A DNA stretch of 64,000 nt, from contig NIVC01000642.1 in NCBI GenBank assembly GCA_002269645.1, positions 149,586 to 213,585 of the forward strand, written 5' to 3'. Made by a program: the position numbers and the translations under genes. Shown here piece by piece: positions 51,327 to 63,610 of this stretch (position 1 is its first letter; every line of letters starts with the position of its first letter). The notes beneath the pieces are model-generated. The model was not told the origin of the DNA, ran no database searches, and saw only the letters and a list, made by a program, of their open reading frames with translations. Source of the DNA: Macrostomum lignano (taxonomy: Eukaryota).

Positions 51327-52201
51327 CTGGCAATACTATGCATACAGAGTGATTACGATCATAGCTTGTACATGCAAAAAGGGCCGGCTATGCATGTCAC
51401 AGACAGCAGACATGCAATTAAACGCTTGCGAGGCACGTCTGCACGCAATCGATGTACAGATTGTACAGATCGAGTTGCATAAGAGTGCATCCATGTAACG
51501 CACACTCAACCTGATCAGCCGGCCAATGCTAAAACTGACTAATACCGGGACGCCGCGATGTTTTACTTATATAGGTAGGATCATGTTTTTTGAGAGCGTT
51601 TATGATGCAAGATACAATTGCATCCGTAGATGATTAAATTTAAATAATGCAAGCAAAAACAAGCCAAGCATTAGCTTAAAAGTACAGTGTTTATACATAA
51701 AAAGTTAATTATTTTAACCCAGAGAATGGTTAATTAAATTGTTGCACTTTTATTTGATGCGAAATGAAATTCAGTGAAACAAACAAGGAAAACTCGTCGT
51801 GTGCCGAGCTGGTATCAAAGGAGAATTTAATGGTTTCAATGAAGCTATAATACAGTTTTCAGATAGGAAAACAAACTGGTTTTAACTACAGTATGTACAA
51901 GTCAAGGACGTACAAAAGTAGACAACCGGGGAGCCGCTTCTTAAGCTTCTTCACACGCCGTCGAGATTCCAACTTCAAATGCTCTTACATTTTAAAGTGA
52001 CTTGCCTGCTAAGCTTTCTTAGAATGAGACTTTAAGCGTAAAATCGGCCTTCAAAAGAATTCTAAGAAACGACTTATACCCCAGGCTTTCTACTTGCAAG
52101 TTGCACTTAATAGGAATACAATTCAAACGCACAAAGGGGAGATTATTAACTAGAGACGCGGGACAGCAAAGACTGAGGAGCATCAGACATTGGCCGGCCG
52201 C

Positions 52202-55200
52202 TCACAGCAGCGCCTTGTGCCGGGTCTCGAACGCTTCCAGCTCGCGCACAATCTTGGCCCGCTCGCGGAGCGCCTTCCAAGCGGCGTCGCGGTCCTTCTT
52301 TAACGGCTGGCGTCGCTTCTGCCGGTAGGCCTGCAGCCTGGCGTGCGCCTCCACCACGTCGGCGTCGGCCACAGCCAGGCGACGCCGGATGGCCTGCCGC
52401 TGCGTGTCCAGCTTGGCCGCCGCGTACAGCCGCCGCAGCGTGGCCCTGTTGAAGTCGCACAGTCGGCGAAGCTCGCGCTGCCGTCCGCGCAGCGCCGTGG
52501 CCACCTCGTCGTCCGGATCGGCCGAGGCCGAGGATGAGGAAGTCAACTGGGCGGCCGCGGCGGCTGCGGCGGCGGCAGCTTCAGCGGCGGCGGCTGCGGC
52601 CACCGCGCCCTCTGAGTCGCTTTCAGCGCCGGCTCCTCCAGCGCTGGCGGCGCCGCTGGCGGCCCCGGCAGCTGCGAGCCTGCCGGGCGAGACGCCGTGC
52701 CGTTCGAGCTGCTTGCGGAGCCGGCGCTCCAGCTTGCAGCTGTTGGAAACCCCCAGCAGTTTGGCCAGCTGCTTGGTTGGCAGCGCGGCGAGCTGCGCTG
52801 TCTGCTGCATCTGCGGTGCGGCGAGATGAGGCTTTGATGGCCTGAACTCCTTACTGACACAGTCCTGAACTCAATACTGACACAGTCCTGAACTCCCTAC
52901 TGACACAGTCCTGAACTCACTACTGACACAGTCCTGAACTCAATACTGACACAGTCCTGAACTCACTACTGACACAGTCCTGAACTCACTACTGACACAG
53001 TCCTGAACTCCCTACTGACACAGTCCTGAACTCACTACTAACACAGTCCTGAACTCAATACTGACACAGTCCTGAACTCACTACTGACACAGTCCTGAAC
53101 TCACTACTGACACAGTCCTGAACTACCTACTGATACAGTCCTGAACTCACTGCTGACACAGTCCTGAACACCCTACTGACACAGTCCTGAACTCACTACT
53201 GACACAGTCCTGAACTCACTACTGACACAGTCCTGAACTCACTACTGACAAAGTCCTGAACTCAATACTAACACAGTCCTGAACTCACTACTGACAAAGT
53301 CCTGAACTCACTACTGACACAGTCCTGAACTCACTACTGACAAAGTCCTGAACTCACTACTGACACAGTCCTGAACTCACTACTGACACAGTCCTGAACT
53401 CACTACTGACACAGTCCTGAACTCACTACTGACAGACCAAACTCAATACTGACAGCACAGCAGCCGGTCTCACCAGTCCAGGATCGTCAGTGTCGGTCAG
53501 GGTCTCCGACTTGCAGACTCCGCTGTCTTCATCGTCATTGGCCACCAGAGCGGCCACCAGCTGCTGAGCCAGCGGCCCCAAACCGCCCGCATCGGCGCCG
53601 GCGCCAGAGTCCGCGCTGCCCAATGGCGTCGAATCGACGCAAATCTCGGCCTGCAGGCGCATCATGAGAGCGGCGCCATTGTCGCCAGCCGACTGTTGCT
53701 GGGAAGAATCGGAGGTTGGCAGCAATCCAGCGTCGATCTCGCCGCCATGTTCGGCAATGGCGCCGTTACGACCATTTTTGCCGTTGCTGCTGTTGCTGCT
53801 GCTGCTGCTAATGCCGTTGAAGCCGCTGGCCGACTTCGACTCGCCGTTGCTGGCGACCTCGGCGGCGGCCGAGTTAGGCAGCGGCGGCATCCGGAAAAAG
53901 CCGGAGTCTTCGCCGATCTCGTACGATCGAATTAGCAGCTCCAGCGAGTGCAGATTGTCCTCCGTGATCTCGGCGCAGTACGGCTCCATCAGGGCCCAGA
54001 ATTTGTTCGGCACCTCGTAGAGACCCGGCGGTGCGTCAGCCTGCTGCTGAGGTGTCGCCGACTCCGCCGCCGAGTCGGAATTAGCCGAAGCTCCAGCAGG
54101 TGCAGAAGCAGCAGCCGCAGCGACAGCAGCCGCCTTGTTCTTCCGCTGCTGATAGACACCGCCTGGTCGGAGCGGCTTGTTGTTTCCTGGAAAAGCGGCC
54201 ACCGCGGCGGCGGCCGCGGCTCGTTTAGCCGGCGGCGCCAGAACTTCATCGGCAGACAGAGGACTGGCTGAGGCGTCGGCAGCGGCTGCGGCACCTGCTG
54301 AAGTGTTGCGCTTTTTTTATCACCTTCAGATCTATCCTTCGGATCCGTCCTTCTTATCTATCCGTCCGTCTATCTATCCGTCCTTCGGATCTATCCGTCT
54401 ATCCGTCCGTTTATCTATCCGTCCTTCGGATCTATCCTTCGGATCTACCCTTTGGATCTATTATTCGGATCTACCCTTCGGATCTATCCTTCGGATCTAC
54501 CCTTCGGATCTATCCTTCGGATCTATCCTTCGTATCCTTCGGATCTATCCTTCGGATCTATCCTTCGGATCTATCCTTCGGATCTATCCTTCGGATCTAT
54601 CCTTCGGATCTATCCTTCGGATCTATCCTTCGGATCTATCCTTCGGATCTATCCTTCGGATCTATCCTTCGGATCTATCCTTCGGATCTATCCTTCGGAT
54701 CTATCCTTCGGATCTATCCTTCGGATCTATCCTTCGGATCTATCCTTCGGATCTATCCTTCGGATCTATCCTTCGGATCTATCCTTCGGATCTATCCTTC
54801 GGATCTATCCTTCGGATCTATCCTTCGGATCTATCCTTCGGATCTATCCTTCGGATCTATCCTTCGGATCTATCCTTCGGATCTATCCTTCGGATCTATC
54901 CTTCGGATCTATCCTTCGGATCTATCCTTCGGATCTATCCTTCGGATCTATCCTTCGGATCTATCCTTCGGATCTATCCTTCGGATCTATCCTTCGGATC
55001 TATCCTTCGGATCTATCCTTCGGATCTATCCTTCGGATCTATCCTTCGGATCTATCCTTCGGATCTATCCTTCGGATCTATCCTTCGGATCTATCCTTCG
55101 GATCTATCCTTCGGATCTATCCTTCGGATCTATCCTTCGGATCTATCCTTCGGATCTATCCTTCGGATCTATCCTTCGGATCTATCCTTCGGATCTATCC

Positions 55201-55861
55201 TTCGGATCTATCCTTCGGATCTATCCTTCGGATCTATCCTTCGGATCTATCCTTCGGATCTATCCTTCGGATCTATCCTTCGGATCTATCCTTCGGATCT
55301 ATCCTTCGGATCTATCCTTCGGATCTATCCTTCGGATCTATCCTTCGGATCTATCCTTCGGATCTATCCTTCGGATCTATCCTTTAAATCTTTAGCAGTC
55401 AGCTAGGACCTGCGGCTTATCATACTAGACTGTATCAGAATTCCCACTTAGGAGTAGAACAATTGGAACATCGTGTCACAGTTTTTATTTCAAAGCTGGC
55501 AACAAAAACTGAGCCCTGAGCTATTTCTCGTTGTCTCACCGTCAGCGCTTGTCGAGTCCTCGCGACGCCGCTTCAAGGAGATGGTCAGAGCCAGCGGCTT
55601 GCCGGGAACTGACTTGACCACGGCCGCTCCCGGCAGCCATTCTGACTTGTTCGACCGGGTGATCAGGCCGCCAGGCAGTGGGGTGCCGCTGATCTCCGCG
55701 GCAAGCAGGAAGCTGCGCTTGTTCACATTGGCTAGCAGGGTCTCAGCCTCCCACTGCAGCCGGTCAATGTCCTCCGGCCGGACAGCTGGCCGGCTCAGCA
55801 GGGCAGCGATGCCTGGACACTCGGACTCCAGCGTCACCGACGGCAGCCACAGCGGGGACAT
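52202..55861 (-). CDS. TADA3: Transcriptional adapter 3 (SAGA/ATAC HAT module), ~601 aa; start codon uncertain
   Basis: Exons (-): 55861-55540, 54297-53454, 52841-52202, phases 1 and 2, total 1806 nt. Motifs EDIDRLQWEAETLL, PNKFWALMEPYCAEIT, GPLAQQLVAALV, DDEVATALRGRQREL...KKDRDAAWKALRER match ADA3. The frame is open upstream of 55861, so an extra 5' exon is possible. Confidence 0.9.
52842..53453 (-). repeat. 23-bp minisatellite forming essentially all of TADA3 intron 2
   Basis: Unit (-) GTCAGTAGTGAGTTCAGGACTGT, about 26 copies, spanning donor to acceptor. Confidence 0.95.
54328..55383. repeat. 13-bp satellite (GGATCTATCCTTC)n in TADA3 intron 1
   Basis: Roughly 70 copies, mostly perfect. 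Confidence 0.97.
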
Positions 55862-55959
55862 TGTTGAGTCGGCCGCCGTCTGCCCGCCTCTGTGCGACTG
55901 ACCGCTCTTGGACTTCGACTGCGGGCATGATGCAGCGATGAAGATGGCAGATATCTCAG

Positions 55960-56560
55960 AGAATTCCCATAGACACTGCCTAACAATTCCCATAGACACT
56001 GCCTAACAATTCCTATAGACACTGTCTAACAATTCCCATAGACACTGCCTAACAATTCCTATAGACACTGTCTAACAATTCCCATAGACACTTTCTAACA
56101 ATTCCTATAGACACTGTCTAACAATTCCCATAGACACCGCCTAACAATTCCCACAGACAAATCTTAACAATTCCCATAGACACTGCCTAACAATTCACAT
56201 ATACACCGCCTAACAATTCCCATAGACAAATCTTAACAATTCACATAGACAAATCTTAACAATTCCCATAGACAAATCTTAAGAATTCCCATAGACACTG
56301 ACTAACAATTCCCATAGACACTGACTAACAATTCCCATAGACACTGACTAACAATTCCCATAGACACTGACTAACAATTCCCATAGACACTGACTAACAA
56401 TTCCCATAGACACTGACTAACAATTCCCATAGACACTGCCTAACAATTCCCATAGACAAATCTTAACAATTCCCATAGACACTGACTAACAATTCCCATA
56501 GACACTGACTAACAATTCCATAGACACTGACTAACAATTCCAATAGACATCAACAAGAAC
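55960..56560. repeat. 23-bp minisatellite (AACAATTCCCATAGACACTGCCT)n, array 1
   Basis: Direct periodicity. Confidence 0.95.
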
Positions 56561-57224
56561 TTCCAGAGACAACACCAAACATTCCCCATAGACATCCACT
56601 AACTAGATAGACACCCAAAGCCCATTCCTCTAGCTTACTAACAGTAGTGAAATCTAACACTGCAGCATTTTTATGACAAAAAAACAGCCTGTAGGACGCA
56701 TTATACATGGCGCAATGAAGCAATCTATGCAGCCGCCACACCTGTATGCGTCCGGCATCTTGAAAACACCTGCTATCCATTTTTCAGATCGGTGTTCGCC
56801 TACTGTAAGCTGGTTGCCGAGCAGTTCTATAGTCAATTTCATTGCAAAGTTATAAATGCACTTGACTATGAATGCATTTGGCAAACCAGCTATAAAGACG
56901 ATAGTTTAAAACTTAAAACTTTCTAAATCACATCATATCTGTTATTAAAGATAATACAATGAAAAAGCCAAACTATTATTTCAGGAAAAAGAAGACTAAA
57001 TAAAATAAATTTAAAATGAAACCGTCTATATTTCTGCTTTAGCAAAAGAAAACAATGCAAAGGTTTGGTGCAAAAAGTGGTGGGGGGAATTCGATAAATC
57101 TTTAAGGCTTAGATAAAAAATACAATATCATTGTGCTACTAACAGTAGCATGTACGGACTTCAAGCCAGTTTGGAACTAAAACATGCAGTTGGCTTATCA
57201 AGTTTCTGATAAGAGATGTTTCTG

Positions 57225-57690
57225 ATATTCCCATAGACACCCATAACAATTCCCATAGACACCCATAACAATTCCCATAGACACCCATAACAATTCCCAT
57301 AGACACCCATAACAATTCCCATAGACACCGCCAAACCATCATCATAGACAATGCCAAACAATTCCCAGAGACACTGCCTAACAATTCCCAGAGACACTGC
57401 CTAACAATTCCCATAGACACTGCCTAACAATTCCCATAGACAATGCCAAACAATTCCCATAGACACTGTCTAACAATTCCCATAGACACTGCCTAACAAT
57501 TCCCATAGACACCGCCAAACAATTCCCATAGACACCGCCAAACAATTCCTATAGACACTGCCCAATAATTCCCATAGACACTGCCCAATAATTCCTATAG
57601 ACACTGCCTAACAATTCCCACAAACACCGCTTGAAAATTCATTTAGACCTAACAATTTTCATAGCCAATGTCTAACAATTCCCAGAGACA
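57225..57690. repeat. Same 23-bp minisatellite, array 2
   Basis: Same unit as 55960-56560, separated by ~660 bp of unique DNA. Confidence 0.9.
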
Positions 57691-58484
57691 CCGCCTAGAC
57701 AGATTACAATGCGTATTCTGTATTCACTTTCAGCTACTACTGTTAGTAAAGAAAAACTTATGATAACAAGTGGGTACAAACTTACAATCAAAATACATAC
57801 ATAGCTACTGATATAAAAGGGCAGTAGTAATTCGAGGTTATTAAACAGCTTTTTGAGGAGCTAGGAAGGCAAAAAAATTCCAAATTATCAGCAGTTAGCA
57901 CACGAACTCTAGTATGTGGCAGCAACATCTTGAGCACAGGGTACAATATCATCCCAAAAAACAACAAAAATTGATTGTAAAAAAAGGTCGTCAAGTCAAA
58001 AAGTAAACCGATTAGGGGAAAAACTAGAGCATTGAAAAAAGAAGGCACAATATGCATATAGGCTTCAGATAAGGATAAATCTCTATCTATATTCTATATA
58101 TAGAAATCTAAATGGTAAAACAGAGAATAGCAAAGAAAGCTACTGACAGGGTAGATCTGCAGCAATTCTGTCTAGATGACACCCGGTCGTCGCAAGTATG
58201 TGACAAAAACAATTTGAAAATTTAAAAAATAAATCAGAAAGCCGATGATTACCAGCTAAAAACAAAGTAAGCTAAGATACTACATACAAAACATTAAATA
58301 ATATAAAAACTCTGATTGATGGCTGCATGTCTATACAGATGATGCAAGGCTTGTGGGCGTGACCGATCCAAACAAGTGCACTGGGTAACTTTTAGTAAGC
58401 AACAGATGAACTGGTAGATTGATAGCATTCATTTTGGCTGGTTGGGGAGCGGTAGATACAGCATAAAGGTAGAAAAGTTGAGGG

Positions 58485-58760
58485 TAGCTGGGTAGATTAG
58501 AATGTAGCTGGGTAGATTAGAAGGTAGCTGGGTAGATTAGAGAGTAGCTGAGTAGATTAGAGAGTAGCTGAGTAGATTAGAAGGTAGCTGGGTAGATTAG
58601 AAGGTAGCTGGGTAGATTAGAGAGTAGCTGAGTAGATTAGAGAGTAGCTGAGTAGATTAGAAGGTAGCTGGGTAGATTAGAAGGTAGCTGGGTAGATTAG
58701 AGAGTAGCTGAGTAGATTAGAAGGTAGCTGGGTAGATTAGAGAGTAGCTGAGTAGATTAA
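58485..58760. repeat. 20-bp minisatellite (AGTAGCTGRGTAGATTAGAG)n
   Basis: Direct periodicity. Confidence 0.9.
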
Positions 58761-58784
58761 AGATATAAGAATAGACATTAAACA

Positions 58785-59030
58785 TAAGCAGCTGAGCACA
58801 GGCCAGACAGCAGCTGAGCACAGGCCAGACAGCAGCTGAGCACAAGCCAGACAGCAGCTGAGCACAGGCCAGACAGCAGCTGAGTACAGGCCAGACAGCA
58901 GCTGAGCACAGGCCAGACAGCAGCTGAGCACAGGCCAGACAGCAGCTGAGTACAGGCCAGACAGCAGCTGAGCACAGGCCAGACAGCAGCTGAGCACAGG
59001 CCAGACAGCAGCTGAGCACAGGCCAGACAA
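58785..59030. repeat. 22-bp minisatellite (CAGCTGAGCACAGGCCAGACAG)n just after the ASB stop
   Basis: Direct periodicity, about 11 copies. Confidence 0.9.
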
Positions 59031-59037
59031 CACCCAG

Positions 59038-60696
59038 CTACTCCGGCCAAGGCCAGGCCGGCAGTCCCAGGCAGAGGAAGTCGCGCAGCCTGCAGGGCAG
59101 CCAATTAGCGGTCTGCCTGGCCGCTGTCGGGCCGAGCTGCCGCAGTCGGCGCCAGACGGCTCGCCTGGCCAACGCAGTCAGCTGCTCCGGCCGCTGCCCC
59201 GCAGCCGTGGCGGCCGTCCACGCGGCCAGAGGCGCTTGGCCAGTCGACATCGGCCGAGGCGGAGCGGCGCCGAAAGCGAGCAGAACTTCGGCAACTCGGC
59301 AGTGGCCGCGAGAGCAGGCAACCGCCAGCGGCGTTTCGGCGGCTGGACCGCAGCGGCAGCGGCAGCGGGCCTCCAGATCGGCGCCGGCGCTGGCCAGCAG
59401 GATGGCCGCCTCCGGCTGGTTGTGCGCGGACGCATAGTGCAGCGGCGAGCCCAACCGGCTGTGGGAATCCAGCAGCGGAGGAAAGGGCTATGGCATGTTT
59501 TTATAGCCCACTACAAATTATTCCATCAATACGCTTACACTGCCGCTGTCAGTGGCAAAGAACACTTTTGATCCAATTTCTTTAACGACCGTATGGTTTT
59601 TTGTGCAGTTTTTTGGTGATGTACTTTTACTGAAAAACTCTAGCCGTCAAAAACATTTCTTAGAAATATCAATAATAATCGCCCGGTTTGGCAAATGACC
59701 TGCCCCAAGCCTCACCTGTCCGCCCCTAAGCCTCACCTGTCCGCTCCTAAGCCTCACCTGTCCGCTCCTAGGCCTCACCTGTCCGCTCCTAAGCCTCAAC
59801 TGTCCGCTCCTAGGCCTCACCTGTCCGCTCCTAAGCCCACCACCTCAAGCCTCACCTGCCCACCACCTCAAGCCTCACCTGCCCACCACCTCAAGCCTCA
59901 CCTGCCCACCACCTCAAGCCTCACCTGCCCACCACCTCAAGCCTCACCTGCCCACCACCTCAAGCCTCACCTGCCCACCACCTCAAGCCTCACCTGCCCA
60001 CCACCTCAAGCCTCACCTGCCCACCACCTCAAGCCTCACCTGCCCACCACCTCAAGCCTCACCTGCCCACCACCTCAAGCCTCACCTGCCCACCACCTCA
60101 AGCCTCACCTGCCCACCACCTCAAGCCTGACCTGCCCACCACCTCAAGCCTCACCTGCCCACCAACTCAAGCCTCACCTGCCCACCACCTCAAGCCTCAC
60201 CTGCCCACCACCTCAAGCCTCACCTGCCCACCACCTCAAGCCTCACATGCCCACCACCTCAAGCCTCACATGCCCACCACCTCAAGCCTCACCTGCCCAC
60301 CACCTCAAGCCTCACCTGCCCACCACCTCAAGCCTCACCTGCCCACCACCTCAAGCCTCACCTGTCCGCCCGATCCAGACAGGCGCCCCGCTCAATCAGC
60401 AAGCGCACTAGTGCCAGATGTCCCGATCCCACTGCCATGTGCAGCGGCGTGGAGCCCCAATCGTTAGCGGCGTCCAACTTGGCGCCACGGCCAATCAGAA
60501 AGGCGGCAACCTCGAAGCAACCGGCTGCGCAGGCCTCGTGCAGGCCGGTGTTGCCGTTTGGGCCGGCGCGCGTGTCGACGCCGAGATCGCCGGCGCCGAG
60601 GCTGCGCGCCACGGCTGAGAGGCGGCCAGCGCGCACGTGACCAAGCCAGCGGGCGGCCTCAGCCTCGCGATGGGCGGCAGTCAATAAGAGCATCAT
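59038..60696 (-). CDS. Ankyrin repeat and SOCS box protein (ASB family), ~251 aa
   Basis: Exons (-): 60696-60362 and 59458-59038, phase 2, total 756 nt. Ankyrin repeats GNTGLHEAC, GSTPLHMAV, GSPLHYAS, ETPLAVAC. C-terminal SOCS-box-like PEQLTALARRAVWRRL...LPCRLRDFL. Confidence 0.88.
59700..60361 (-). repeat. Array of 23-bp and 21-bp units, each containing the 5' splice site CAG|GTGAGG
   Basis: Units (-) GTGAGGCTTGAGGTGGTGGGCAG (~23 copies) then GTGAGGCTTAGGAGCGGACAG (~6 copies), beginning at intron nt 1. Confidence 0.95.
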
Positions 60697-61104
60697 TTGT
60701 TTGCAATATTCAAAATTCTTCCATTGATTTACTTGTACTACCGCTAATAGCAGTGTGAATATATTTTTGAAGCATTTTGGCAAAAATATCTTTTTAAAAA
60801 CCCTTAACTGCCCCTATAAGTAGCACGGATCTAAAAAAAAGCTAAATTAAAATATGCTAGAAACGCTGCTGTATCCAACCCTACAAGCCGCCCCCGCTTT
60901 ACTATCGCGCTCGCTCTGTCTGACCCCCTCTAGCCGCAGGCGCGTCTTTGCAAACACAATGCTGAAATGTTAGCGAAAAATAAAAAGTTAAATGGAGGCC
61001 GGAGTACCACTGGAACTGCAGTAGCTGCGGAAAATGTTGAACAAGTTAGTAACGAAAATGGCTAATCGAATAATAGGTGACAGACCTTATGGCTTATAAA
61101 AGGA

Positions 61105-61670
61105 GGGCGGTGAGGGGCGGATTCAAGGACTGCTCATGGGAGCGCAGAGGCAGATTCAAGGACTGCTCATGGGAGCGCAGAGGCAGATTCAAGGACTGCT
61201 CAGGGAGAGCGGAGAGAGGCAGATTCAAGGACTGCTCAGGGAGAGCGGAGAGAGGCAGATTCAAGGACTGCTCATGGGAGCGCAGAGGCAGATTCAAGGA
61301 CTGCTCATGGGAGCGCAGAGGCAGATTCAAGGACTGCTCATGGGAGCGCAGAGGCAGATTCAAGGACTGCTCATGGGAGCGCAGAGGCAGATTCAAGGAC
61401 TGCTCAGGGAGAGCGGAGAGAGGCAGATTCAAGGACTGCTCAGGGAGAGCGGAGAGAGGCAGATTCAAGGACTGCTCATGGGAGCGCAGAGGCAGATTCA
61501 AGGACTGCTCATGGGAGCGCAGAGGCAGATTCAAGGACTGCTCATGGGAGCGCAGAGGCAGATTCAAGGACTGCTCATGGGAGCGCAGAGGCAGATTCAA
61601 GGACTGCTCATGGGAGCGCAGAGGCAGATTCAAGGACTGCTCAGGGAGAGCGCAGAGAGGCGGATTTAAG
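61105..61670. repeat. 33/36-bp minisatellite (GATTCAAGGACTGCTCATGGGAGCGCAGAGGCA)n
   Basis: Two interspersed unit variants. Confidence 0.95.
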
Positions 61671-61928
61671 GACACACAGAGAGCACAATTAGTTTATTTC
61701 ACGCTAGTGAAAGGTGAAGCAACGTGACAAATAAAAGCCTAAATAAAATTTGAAATTGAACCGAACATAAAGACGCAATTATTAAGAAATGCCAGTCATT
61801 TAACAAAGAAATCCAGCAACTCGAAACCAATATATTTTGCTAGCAAATCACTTTTCTAAACACTGCTAAAAGTTCAACCTGCCAAAACGTCAAGCGCACA
61901 GCAGCAGCGGCACCTCGCTAAGGCTGAC

Positions 61929-62262
61929 CTGAACGTCCACCGGGTCAAACAGTTCGTTATCAAGAAAATAAGGCGTCTCTTTTTTCTTTTGCTTCTCCAG
62001 CTCTTCCGGCGTAGGCTGCTGGGCCGACGCGGCGGCCTCATTGTTGCGCAACAGGCGGACAGAGACGCCGCCAGCCAGTAGTTGAGTCTCAGAGCAGTCA
62101 GTGTAGAACTGATCGATTCGAGCTGCGGCAGTGGAAGAGTCGCCACCAGACAGTCTGGTGCCGATGGCCCGCCACAGCTGGCCGCCTGATAGGCGAGCTG
62201 GGAGCACCTGGCAATGAAATGTTGCGGGCAGCCTTCGCTTCTGAGATCCCAGATCACAGTCC
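61929..62262 (-). CDS. Orphan coding exon of an unidentified gene
   Basis: GC-rich island with acceptor tacttctag|G and donor CAG|gtcagc. Open frame DCDLGSQKRRLPATFHCQV...PYFLDNELFDPVDVQ with G/C-rich third positions. The frame could also run on to a stop at 61890. Confidence 0.5.
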
Positions 62263-63610
62263 CTAGAAGTAGTAATAGAAAATTACGTCCATACCTCACT
62301 TTTCAATTGCAAAACACGTAATAAGGTACCCGTCAGAAATTTTATTACGCACATACCTTATTTTTGTATTAAAAATCAAGTAGTAAGGTACCGAACCAAA
62401 TGGTAGGGTATTCTACAGGAATTGTAACTACACTGCACCGCACCCACAAAGAACGAGAAAGAAAAGACCCCAACAACACCAATCAACCAAGTTGCTGAAA
62501 AACGACAGCTATTTCTGCATTACAAGAATAGAGGAAACACACACCCACAAAGAACAAAAGAAAAGATCTTAATAAATTGCAGAAGTCAAAATTGTGCCAC
62601 AATCCCTCTGCAAGCAAAACCCAGCTCAGAACAGGACACAGGCAGTAAATAAGCCACGTGCTGCGCCCAGCGTTTTTTGTAACAGGAGTCATTCAAGACC
62701 CCAATTTTTTCATTTTCGAGAAAAGACCATTGAGACTTACGAAACTAAGTATACTTGAATACAACTTGACTAAAATATAATACGCCAAAAGAAATATGCA
62801 GTTTTTAACTCTCAGTCACCGATCGAGAAACCGATCAAATCCAAAAAACCAGGTAATTGTAAGTGTTGCTGTGACAAGATCCGCCTGAGTTCGGTACTGA
62901 CGGCCATGCACAATAATAAACTGAACCATCGTAGTAAGAAACAGTCTTTCGGTCGAATCAAGTTGACATGTCTATATATTTTAACAGATGAGATACACGA
63001 TTAGTTAATTCATGACGTTAATTTCTTGATGCAAATGAACGCAAAAATGCGATTTGACAGTCTTTTAAATAACTTTAAAATTCCCTAACGAATAGTGGAT
63101 AAATAATTACAATACTAATAATACCAAATTATTTACGAGCTTCGTTCCATTGCACAGTCAGGCGTCCGCAGTCAAATCGCAGTAGTCAACCGTAGTGACT
63201 CTTCCCGACTCCTTCTCCCTGAAGAAGAAACGGAAGCAGCCAGCACCTAGGGCTTGTACAGCCAGGGCGTATTTACCTTCGCAAGCCGTGACATGCTCGG
63301 GTACATATATATCCCGGCGGCGGCCGCGCAAAGACCCCGTTCTTGAACGCTGCAAAGAGAGAAGACGCAGCCCATTACTACCTCATTAGCCTCTGAATAA
63401 ACAAAAAGCCAATGCTTACCATCTCTCACATATCGCTCAGCTAGTTCCTTCTTTTGCGCGATTTGTCCATATTGGTAGTGAGTGAATGCGTTTAGACAAG
63501 ACTAGAAAATTTTCCGGACTGCTGTCGGTAGGATCTTATATTCAGCAAAATTACTCATAGGGACGACTGAGATCTCATGTGGTGGATTAGGGAGGGTCAG
63601 GGTTGGTTGA

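Noticed and set aside
54177-55406. 409-aa and 311-aa ORFs
   Set aside because: Stop-free translations of the 13-bp satellite, antisense to TADA3 intron 1.
62268-62273. AGTAGT as a Polinton terminal motif
   Set aside because: It coincides with the acceptor tract of the orphan exon, and no TIR partner or TSD can be tested within the window.
61874-62299. 141-aa ORF with a signal-peptide-like start
   Set aside because: The overlapping frame (61890..62207) has better third-position GC and fits the splice sites; the hydrophobic start is the acceptor's pyrimidine tract.
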